NCBI GenBank assembly: GCA_963701855.1
Contig: CAVPBK010000004.1
Span: forward strand, 64,001 to 128,000
From: Nitrospirota bacterium
GTDB taxonomy: Bacteria > Nitrospirota > Nitrospiria > Nitrospirales > Nitrospiraceae
DNA length: 64,000 nt
Direction of reading: 5' to 3'
Numbering within the stretch: position 1 is the first letter of the stretch; the number at the start of each line of letters is the position of its first letter. Under the pieces are notes generated by a model. That model was not told the origin of the DNA and searched no databases. It saw only the letters and a program-made list of their open reading frames with translations. The position numbers and the translations under genes are program-made. This document shows positions 19,990 to 27,874 of this stretch, piece after piece.

Positions 19990-20304
19990 CAGGATGCTGA
20001 AAAATGGGCGGGCCTGGCCGTCCTCCTGCTCACGGAACGCGCACAATAAGGATAAGAATGTGCTCGTTCGACGCGCGCAATCGAGGGTCGACCAGGTTAC
20101 CCTTAAAAATGAAATGAGGAATTGGGAAGACGCGCGAAGTTGGGATCATCCCAGCCCCCTTGGCAAAGTAATAGTTCGCTGCAGCCTTGCATGGGATAAG
20201 GCGCGTCCTTGGGCGAAGAGGCTGTCTTGGCAGACTCAGGGCGGTAGGGTGCAGTAGTCGCCAGGGCCGGACAGGTGAGAAGTCTGGCCTTGTTGAGCAT
20301 CCTG
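19990..20304. mobile_element. 315-bp MITE-like element with family A ends enclosing a family B hairpin
   Basis: CAGGATGCTGAAAAAT...TTGTTGAGCATCCTG; internal GAACGCGCAC...GTGCTCGTTCGACGCGCGCA. Confidence 0.75.
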
Positions 20305-20390
20305 CGGGAGTGTGCTCCTGGTGTGCCACTGTGCAGCCACTGAAGCACCTGCCAACATAGTTTTTCGCAGGATACTAGAACCCGTCGTTC

Positions 20391-20476
20391 GTCTGTCTGG
20401 TCCCTCTGGTCTATTTCGTCTATCTCGTCTGGTACCAGACAGACCAGAGAGACCGGGCAACAACGCGACAGACCAA
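20391..20476. repeat. Nonamer palindromic microsatellite
   Basis: GTCTGTCTG/GTCTATTTC/GTCTATCTC units facing CAGACAGAC/CAGAGAGAC units. Confidence 0.65.
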
Positions 20477-20558
20477 AATACCGCTTCACATCCTTCAGGC
20501 CTTGCGAGAATCCCAGCCCCCCGTGTAGGCTGCGGCACTTAACCAAGTCACGCCAATC

Positions 20559-22049
20559 ATGAAGCCAGCTGTCGCCGCTCACGCACCACTCAGTCTCACC
20601 GGGGAAATGCTCAGCCTGCTGGCCTGGCACATCCCCGACCTTGTCGTCTACCAGCACAATCGAGACGAATGGTGGTTCGCCCCCCTCGATGACAGCCTGC
20701 CGATCGTGCGCCTGAATCGCACCGGCCTGGAAATGTTACAGGCGATGAACGGCCACACGACAGTGGGTGCACTGGTGGAAAAATACGGGACACAGGTCTG
20801 CGGACCGGACGGACAGCCGGGACAATGGCATTTGGAACATTGGTCTCTGCCCACCTATTCCCTCTGTTACTACGGTATCGAGCCCCCGGGCGGCCATCGC
20901 CACAAAGCCAAGTGGGATCTACTCCTCCAGCAAGTCAGGGAAGGCTGGTCGGGACAGGATGGATTTGAGGGAGAAGAGCATCTTGAAGACTTTCATCACC
21001 ACGAATTGACCGACAGCGGTGAAGACGACGGCCATTTCGACCTGATCGAAACCACCGTTTCACATCTCTTCCGGGAGCCGAACGACGCGCTCAACGGCCT
21101 GACCTATGGCCGGCTGCTCATGCGACAATTCCGGAAGCTAGGCTGGTTCACGCCCAAACCCCACATCATCGTGGAAGTGGGTGGCGGGCTTGGATACCTC
21201 GCCCGTGAGTTGGGCAAGGAACTCTTGCCGTTTGAAAAGCAAACCATCCGGTACATTTCCCTCGATATCACACAACCCTTCCTCAACCTGCAAGTTAGCC
21301 GCGCCAAGGCCGGAGGCTGGAGCGGCATTGGCACACGCGCCAACGGCGAATGGCTGCCTTTCAAAAGTAACTCCGTCGACCTCGTCATCGACAACGAGAA
21401 CATGGCAGACATGACGCCGGTGAAATTGACCAGGAAAGAACTCCTCGATGGAACAGGCGATACGCCGCAACATCAGGAAGCGTTGGACTGGATCAGGCGC
21501 GTACGGCTGCCGCTAAGCACGAACCTGCCCGAGGACGTGATTTTCAATCTCGGCCCCTTTCGATTCGTAGCAGAACTATGGCGAGTGTTGAAGCCAGGCG
21601 GAAGAGCCTTTCTCACCGAATTCGGAATCGAGGAAGGCTGGCCGGCGCCAGTCAAGCTACCAGGCCACACGGAGTACGAGGTTCAATACAGCCACCTGCG
21701 GCAGGCCGTGCGCTGGCTGGGCTTTCAAGAACGCTATCTCTCGCTGCCTCAGTTCCTCGCCATCAAACCGGACAACAAAGTGCTCTGCACCGGCGCGGCC
21801 TATACCATTCAACGATTCTGCCAGACCATGAACAAGCCCTTCATCGTGCGAGCCTACACAGAGAAGGAATTGCAGCAGGCCCTGGGCGACATGCTCCCGA
21901 AACTCCATGGCTGCCATTACCACGACGTGGTAGACCCTGCCTGGTTCGGCCTCCTCGACTTCAAAGTCTTGTTACTGGAGAAGCCCGGTGGGGCTCCGAA
22001 AGCTAGCTTCTCGGAGAACAAAGGCTATCGGTGGTATTCGCAGAAGTAG
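20559..22049 (+). CDS. Class I SAM-dependent methyltransferase with a PqqD/RRE-like N-terminal domain
   Basis: VEVGGGLG motif I, LPFKSNSVDLVI, RVLKPGG; N-terminal RLNRTGLEMLQAMNGHTTVGALVEKY. Confidence 0.8.
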   Translation: MKPAVAAHAPLSLTGEMLSLLAWHIPDLVVYQHNRDEWWFAPLDDSLPIVRLNRTGLEMLQAMNGHTTVGALVEKYGTQVCGPDGQPGQWHLEHWSLPTYSLCYYGIEPPGGHRHKAKWDLLLQQVREGWSGQDGFEGEEHLEDFHHHELTDSGEDDGHFDLIETTVSHLFREPNDALNGLTYGRLLMRQFRKLGWFTPKPHIIVEVGGGLGYLARELGKELLPFEKQTIRYISLDITQPFLNLQVSRAKAGGWSGIGTRANGEWLPFKSNSVDLVIDNENMADMTPVKLTRKELLDGTGDTPQHQEALDWIRRVRLPLSTNLPEDVIFNLGPFRFVAELWRVLKPGGRAFLTEFGIEEGWPAPVKLPGHTEYEVQYSHLRQAVRWLGFQERYLSLPQFLAIKPDNKVLCTGAAYTIQRFCQTMNKPFIVRAYTEKELQQALGDMLPKLHGCHYHDVVDPAWFGLLDFKVLLLEKPGGAPKASFSENKGYRWYSQK

Positions 22050-22158
22050 GGGTAAGGGGGCAAGGGGTAAAGATTCGTTCGGATCGCCCGCTTTCACCAA
22101 GGAGCGGGCGACGTCAGTGCCCTTATGAACACAAAACCAAGTCCCAAGAATCAAAACA

Positions 22159-23376
22159 CTACGGAGTCTTCGCGCAGCGGAACCCGGTGCCGAAGCCCTG
22201 GAACGACGGCAAATGGGTCTCCCGATCCGAGGAGCGCAGGTCAGTGATACCGTTGCTGCCCCATGAGCCGCCACGGATCACTTTGTATTCGCCCTTTGAC
22301 GGTCCCGTCGGGTTCTTCAACGGGCTGGTCTTGTAATAGCCCTGGTCATACCAATCGGCGACCCATTCCCAGACATTCCCGGCCATGTCATAGACGCCAT
22401 AGGGGCTCTTGCCCTCTTCAAACGTCCCCACCGGCGTTAATGCCGAATGGTTGCTCCAGACCTCTTTCCCCGAGTTCGCGTGAAACCTCGTCGGAGGCTC
22501 ATTCCCCCAGGGATAGATTCTGCCATCTGTCCCCCGCGCCGCCTTCTCCCACTCCGCCTCGGTCACCAGGCGTTTGCCGGCCCATTTGCAGTAGGCATCC
22601 GCTTCCGCCCAATTCACATTGGCGACGGGGCGATTCTGATTGTACGGTTTGTTCATGACAGTCCAGTCCGCCGGTCTTTCATGGTGGGTGGCTTCCAAGA
22701 ACCTCGCATATTGCGCCACCACCACTTGGTGCTTATCCATGAAAAAGGCATCCACATAGACTTTGTGCACCGGGAGTTCGTCTGGATCTCCCCCCGAACT
22801 CCCCATCATGAACTCCCCCGCCGGCACCCGCACCATCGACCGGTCTGGAAGAGGAGCCACCGCCATCCTCCCGTTACTCCGTGTATGCCTCTGCTGAATC
22901 TTCTCCTGCAACTGCCGGTAGAGGGCCTGTTGTTCGTCGTCAAGACCTAGCTTGTTCACAATATCCAGGGTGTCCTCGGCCTGGGCGACCATATCGGGTG
23001 AGGCATTCGGCTCGTTGATGGCCTGCTTCCCTTCGTCCAGCAAGCGCCAGACTTTGGCCTTGCGCCCCCGTTGTTTGGCCAAACCGGCCACCGAGGACTT
23101 CGCATCAAGCTCCAGCGAGGTCTCATAATGCTCTTCCGCACAGGCCCAGGCTTTCAGACCCCGGCAGGCATCGCCAAGATAGAAGTGCGCCAGGGCATTG
23201 GCAGGGTATTGTTCAAGGCCGGCTTCAAAGGCCGTGCGTGCCTCCTGGTACTTGTGTTGTTTTAGGAAATTGTAACCAGCGTTAAATTTCTTGGCACGCT
23301 CATCAAAGAGTGCCGCAGCCATCGTCGGGTCGATATCGAGCCCAAGTAACACGACGAGTGCAAGGATCTTTCTCAT
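22159..23376 (-). CDS. TPR plus FGE-sulfatase (SUMF1-like) domain protein
   Basis: TPR helices, then VPAGEFMMGS, RLVTEAEWEKAARG, DMAGNVWEW, RGGSW, GFRCA. Confidence 0.9.
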   Translation of the reverse strand: MRKILALVVLLGLDIDPTMAAALFDERAKKFNAGYNFLKQHKYQEARTAFEAGLEQYPANALAHFYLGDACRGLKAWACAEEHYETSLELDAKSSVAGLAKQRGRKAKVWRLLDEGKQAINEPNASPDMVAQAEDTLDIVNKLGLDDEQQALYRQLQEKIQQRHTRSNGRMAVAPLPDRSMVRVPAGEFMMGSSGGDPDELPVHKVYVDAFFMDKHQVVVAQYARFLEATHHERPADWTVMNKPYNQNRPVANVNWAEADAYCKWAGKRLVTEAEWEKAARGTDGRIYPWGNEPPTRFHANSGKEVWSNHSALTPVGTFEEGKSPYGVYDMAGNVWEWVADWYDQGYYKTSPLKNPTGPSKGEYKVIRGGSWGSNGITDLRSSDRETHLPSFQGFGTGFRCAKTP

Positions 23377-23476
23377 AAACTACCTCCTCGTTCGGTAGAA
23401 GAGACGATAACACCCTGTCCTTTACGGCTTGATAGATGGGAAAACTATATACCTGGTGCAAAAAAAACACAACCGG

Positions 23477-23680
23477 ACAGGGAGGAGAGGATGGAGCCTG
23501 TTGATCTCCTGTGCTCGCGCAACGCGCACGATAAGAATGTGCTCGTTCGACGCGCGCAGTAGGAGATCAATCAGCCCCCATCCCTGAAAGAGAACAAGCG
23601 AGCTTGGATGGATCATTTAGATGGATAACGGACGCTCGATCTATGCAGTGAAGGGCGGCTTGGTCACCCTTCTGAGAGAG
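23477..23680. repeat. Repeat family B hairpin plus shared 3' module
   Basis: TTGATCTCCT (23501-23510) / AGGAGATCAA (23561-23570) enclosing the conserved core. Confidence 0.8.
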
Positions 23681-23987
23681 TAGACGGGGAGTGCACAGAA
23701 AGAAATTGTTCGATTGAAAGACGAGATGTACGATTGTACGGCCTGACTCTGACTGTCCTCGTGGTATGAGCGCTGATTAGCTTTCCGCAACAATCATCGT
23801 GATATTTTAGTTCCGATCGTCTTAGATAGGACACAAGGGGATTATTCAGACAAACCGGGCAGACGTCTTGAACTCCACGAAAGCATGGTTAATAAATCTT
23901 ACGGCAGGTTTCTTGCTGAACGATATGACTAGCCCGGCGTGATTCTTTGGGCGGAGGATGTAATTCTCACTTAATGAGGCACGACCC

Positions 23988-24386
23988 ATGAAAACCCGCT
24001 TCAACATTCTGAGGATTATTTTTCTTACTGTTGCGTTGGCATTGATTCATACCGACAGAACTTTCGCTGCCTCCACTTTCGCAGGCAAGAGTGCCGGCGT
24101 CTTCTCTTTACAGGAGAATACCGGCACTGGTGTGACTACACTGCCTCTCACACCCTCTACCGGCTCAGTCTTCCGCGATGTGCCAGCACTCAGTGGACGC
24201 TACACTGCTGGGAGCATGACATTTCTTCCGTATATCGGCGCAGGCTTTGGCGCAGGCTATAATTCCGAACTCGACCGTACGTTCGCGCCGAATTTGCAGC
24301 CTCAACATAGCTTGAATGCCGGCGGTCTGCAGGGCCAAGGCATGGTTCCGAATGAATTCCAAATGGGAATCCGAATCCCGTTTTAG
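23988..24386 (+). CDS. Exported protein of unknown function
   Basis: GAGG RBS, signal peptide, PYIGAGFG, C-terminal Phe (outer-membrane-like signature). Confidence 0.75.
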   Translation: MKTRFNILRIIFLTVALALIHTDRTFAASTFAGKSAGVFSLQENTGTGVTTLPLTPSTGSVFRDVPALSGRYTAGSMTFLPYIGAGFGAGYNSELDRTFAPNLQPQHSLNAGGLQGQGMVPNEFQMGIRIPF

Positions 24387-24489
24387 GAACCTGAGCCGGC
24401 AAACATCTGGACATCAGATTCTTAGGAAAATAAACCCCTACTTCTTGACCGGCCAATCGTCAACCTATTGCTACTCGAAAAATAAAAGA

Positions 24490-24585
24490 ACAGGGTGGCA
24501 GGGCCAGTCCCTGTGCTCCCGGAACGCGCACGACCAGAATGTGCTCGTTCGACGGCCGCAGTCGGAACGAGCCCTGCCACCCTGT
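24490..24585. repeat. Repeat family B hairpin
   Basis: ACAGGGTGGCAGGG / CCCTGCCACCCTGT perfect arms around the conserved core. Confidence 0.85.
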
Positions 24586-24660
24586 AATGAGAGAGTGGAA
24601 GATAGGAAAACAGGTTGACCGAGGCTTCCTGCCGCGCAACGCGCGGCCTAGGAAGGATGA

Positions 24661-24877
24661 GGAGGGAGCGGCCAGATGCCCTCCTTGCTCGCAGAACGCG
24701 CACGATAAGAATGTGCTCGTTCGATGCGCGCAGTAGAGGGCAGCCTTGGCCACTCCCTCGAAGTGATGTAGAGAGAGGGAGGGAAGGAGACCCTCACGCG
24801 CGCAGTGAAGGGCAATCTGGTCACCCTGCTTAGGAGAGGATAAGGAAGAATGATCGGACTGAACGCTCGGTCAATAT
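24661..24877. repeat. Repeat family B hairpin plus shared 3' module
   Basis: GGGAGCGGCCA.../...TGGCCACTCCC arms; 24796-24875 nearly identical to 25636-25714. Confidence 0.85.
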
Positions 24878-24950
24878 ACCAGATGGGATTGCTCAGTTCA
24901 GAAAAGTAGAATATCCCCGTTAATTCACCCAAAAATAAACTATTTCAGGG

Positions 24951-25146
24951 TTACGCCTTCACCTGAAGCATCTGCGTAGGGACATCGTTCAACGCGAGCA
25001 ATCGTTGATCATTGGTGAGCAGGGTTGCTTCCAGAGTCAGCGCCGTCGCAGCGACAATGGCGTCAGGAAGCTTCAGCCAGAATCGTTTCCGAAGATTCAC
25101 TGCGTGGTGCTTGATTGGTATCGAGAACAAAGCGGGCCACCGTCAC
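24951..25146 (-). pseudogene. vapC: VapC/PIN toxin with a large internal deletion
   Basis: Starts ARFVLDTN, then jumps out of frame to LRKRFWLKLPDAIVAATALTLEATLLTND; middle of the PIN domain missing; GTG start overlaps the upstream gene's TGA. Confidence 0.8.
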
Positions 25147-25355
25147 GCCCACTCATCGCGCAAACGACGTTGGTACGCTACCGGGTCTTCCGACAAACGG
25201 ATCGAGCCCTCATGACGCCGAAGCTGCTCTATCCCATTGGCTCCAGCTGCACTCCCTAACTGTTGTTCGATGCGCAGCCAGTCTTCGTAGGGAATTAAGA
25301 CCCCGACGGGGCGCCCCTCTTCGTCAGTTACAAGCTGTTTGTGAATCGTGCTCAT
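25143..25355 (-). CDS. Putative antitoxin
   Basis: 70 aa; VTDEEGRPVGVLIPYEDW...YQRRLRDEW; coupled to the PIN remnant. Confidence 0.75.
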   Translation of the reverse strand: MSTIHKQLVTDEEGRPVGVLIPYEDWLRIEQQLGSAAGANGIEQLRRHEGSIRLSEDPVAYQRRLRDEWA

Positions 25356-25423
25356 CAAACCCTCGCACCAGTTGCCCATTATAGTCAATGGCGTGCAAAA
25401 GAGAAAGCTTAGGTTCGTTCCTG

Positions 25424-25506
25424 CCACAACGTGGCTGATTTTTCTTGGTTCGGCCTCATCGACTTCAAAGTCTTGTTATTGGAAAAGCGGGAGGAGCCCC
25501 GAAAGC
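25424..25506 (+). pseudogene. Decayed duplicate of the methyltransferase 3' region
   Basis: 25446-25488 matches 21942-21984 at 40/43 nt (manual alignment). Confidence 0.85.
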
Positions 25507-25516
25507 ACGGGGAAAG

Positions 25517-25716
25517 CAGGGCAGCCAGACTGCCCTTTGTGCTTGCGCAACGCGCGCCCTGAGAAGGGCCTCGTTCGACGGCCCCACGTAGACCAACATG
25601 GGTGCCCTTCCAAGAGAGGGAAAGCTCTCGTTGAACACGCGCAGTGAAGGGCAATCTGGTCGCCCTGCTAAGGAGAGGATAAGGAAGAAGGGTCGAACTG
25701 AACGCTCGATCAATGT
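25517..25716. repeat. Repeat family B variant plus shared 3' module
   Basis: CAACGCGCGCCCT-GAGA-AGGGCCTCGTTCGACG core variant; similar to the inner element at 27720-27820. Confidence 0.8.
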
Positions 25717-25729
25717 TCCCTTTTATTTC

Positions 25730-26197
25730 TTTTTGAGACGCCAATGTCTTTGAGGTGCTTATCTCTTTGTACTTCCACAGAGGCCACGGCCTGCTCCTTC
25801 AGCCGAATGAGCGACACCACTGATGCTAGCCGAACAGGGAGAACAGCTTCGCGTCTACTGCGTCCTCAGCGACTTCAGAATACGTTGGCCCATCTTTTTG
25901 GGAAGTAAGGAGTTCGGCGTAATAAAGCCGTTTCAACGGCACTTGCAGTCCAGGTTTTGTGAACGAATCGGAGTTGTAGCCGTTCATACGTAAACCGTCG
26001 AAGGCCCGAGAAATGCGTGCAGAATTCTCAGGCGTGGGGTTCACAGGAAGATCCATGTCATCCGCTTGACGGTCGGCGCAATACCAAGCGACTGCTAAAC
26101 CACCAATAACGACGAATTCCACACCGTTAGCCGTAAAGGCACGAACGAGTTCCTTATTAGCTTCGGTGTGGATGAGCGTGTCGCCAATCTTTTTCAT
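25730..26197 (-). pseudogene. Minimal nucleotidyltransferase-like gene, frameshifted near 25840
   Basis: VEFVVIGGLAV...RQADDMD motif; C-terminal PVRLASVVSLIRLKE...RDKHLKDI continues in another frame. Confidence 0.7.
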
Positions 26198-26303
26198 GCC
26201 GTATAACGTCCATGTTCAGGTACGTACCACTTCGCGTAATGGGTTGCGGGTCAAGTCTTGCGACCAAATATTTCTAGCGTCTAGTCATTCGATGACTTCT
26301 CAG

Positions 26304-27251
26304 TCATCGTGTCCTCGTCGCCAGTTCAATCAACACTCCTTCCCGCAATCCCAGATCGCTGACGAGCACCGTCGACATCCCCAAGGTCTCCATCACCGTC
26401 CGGATGATGATCGCGCCGGCGGCTATGACTTCTTCGCGGCCTTTTTCTAGGCCTTGCAGGCCGATACGGTCGGTTTTCTTGCGGCTCAGGAGCGTTTGTT
26501 CGAGATCTTGAATGGTATTGAGCTGCAATCTGTAGTTATGGATTCTAGCTGGCTCGTAAGTGGGAAGTTTCTGCGCCATGGCGGCTAGACTGGTGACGGT
26601 TCCGGCTGTGCCGACGAAGGTTGCCGTGTGATAGTTGCCCATACCGGCGACCACCGCTTTGGTTTCTTTCACGATCCACTCGCGTGCCTGGCTCACTTCT
26701 TCGTCGGTCGGAGGGTCGTGATGTAAGAGCCGCTCACAAAGCCTGACGACGCCTACATCTATTGAGCACACATTCGGGTTCTGACCTGGACTATCTAGAA
26801 TGAACTCGGTACTGCCGCCGCCGATGTCTAGGGCCAGCACGTCGGTCACACCGTGGGGTAAGCCGGAGCGGATACCCAGCATTGCCCGCCTGGCTTCTTC
26901 TTCTCCCGATATCAGTTCAACTTCGAAGCCTGCTTCGCGTTTCACGCGATCGAGAAACTCTTCGCGGTTCACTGCATCACGCACGGCACTTGTCGCGACA
27001 GCTACCGTGGCATCGGCATGGGAGGCATCAATAAGCGCTTGCCACTCACTGAGGCACTGCACCACCCGATCCATCGCGGCAACGCTTAGATGCTTGGTCT
27101 GATCGACGCCCTCGCCTAGCCGAAGAATCCGTCGCTCGGATCGTACTTCTATCAGCCGGCCATCGGATGGTACGTCTGCAATGAGCAATCGGCAGGTGAG
27201 CGTGCCGATATCGACGCCGGCGAGACGCATCATACGTGACGAGTCGCTCAT
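26304..27251 (-). CDS. Ppx/GppA family phosphatase
   Basis: DIGTLTCRL, ATSAVRDA, SGEEEAR, DIGGGSTE, GLREG. Confidence 0.92.
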   Translation of the reverse strand: MSDSSRMMRLAGVDIGTLTCRLLIADVPSDGRLIEVRSERRILRLGEGVDQTKHLSVAAMDRVVQCLSEWQALIDASHADATVAVATSAVRDAVNREEFLDRVKREAGFEVELISGEEEARRAMLGIRSGLPHGVTDVLALDIGGGSTEFILDSPGQNPNVCSIDVGVVRLCERLLHHDPPTDEEVSQAREWIVKETKAVVAGMGNYHTATFVGTAGTVTSLAAMAQKLPTYEPARIHNYRLQLNTIQDLEQTLLSRKKTDRIGLQGLEKGREEVIAAGAIIIRTVMETLGMSTVLVSDLGLREGVLIELATRTR

Positions 27252-27571
27252 AATTCGGTCCGAATCTCCGTCATGTCCGATTCAAGCTTCTCGCGTGCGC
27301 CTTTGAGGTCTTGGATCTCTTGGACGAGTCGACCGATTTCGGCATCGTACAGAATCCGTTCAGCCGGTTCGCCTACTTCATGAAGATGAACCGCCCGCTC
27401 ACCGACATCCCGGTATAACTCATCCAATTGCTGTTCGAGCTTGCGGATATCGAGCCGGATCCGCAGCAGTTCCGTTTCTTCCAACGCACGGATCGCCGCC
27501 TGCGCCGTACCATGGCGCAGCGTCGCCAACCCCGCCTTCATGTCATGCTTCAACCGTTGCAATAATCCCAT
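27248..27571 (-). CDS. Coiled-coil hypothetical protein
   Basis: 107-aa helical ORF; GGAG RBS; stop overlaps the ppx start. Confidence 0.75.
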   Translation of the reverse strand: MGLLQRLKHDMKAGLATLRHGTAQAAIRALEETELLRIRLDIRKLEQQLDELYRDVGERAVHLHEVGEPAERILYDAEIGRLVQEIQDLKGAREKLESDMTEIRTEL

Positions 27572-27652
27572 TTTCTCCTAGCTCTCCCCACTCTCCACTC
27601 CACCCGGCGAGGGATGCATGGACTAGCATCTTCACTCTCACCACCTCTCCAT

Positions 27653-27870
27653 GGGAGTGGCTAGGCTGCCCTCGCTGCGCGCATCAATAATCCTTCCAAG
27701 CTCGCTTGCTTTCCCTCTCTTGGAAGGGCACTCATGTTGGTCTACGTGCGGCCGTCGAACGAGGCCCTTCTTAGGGCGCGCGTTCCGGGAGCACAGGATC
27801 AACGTGGGTGTCCTTCCAATCCCTTTCATCGTGCGCGTTCTGCGAGCAAAGAGGGCACCTGGCCGCTCCC
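27653..27870. repeat. Nested family B element (one hairpin inside another)
   Basis: Outer arms GGGAGTGGCTAGG/CCTGGCCGCTCCC; inner arms TTGGAAGGGCACTCATGTTGGTC/GATCAACGTGGGTGTCCTTCCAA. Confidence 0.8.
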
Positions 27871-27874
27871 CCCC

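Noticed and set aside
22159..22300. Diversity-generating retroelement target in the FGE-sulfatase C-terminus
   Set aside because: No template repeat and no reverse transcriptase visible in the window
23477..25716. CRISPR array
   Set aside because: Repeats are long, degenerate and irregularly spaced; no uniform spacers or cas genes
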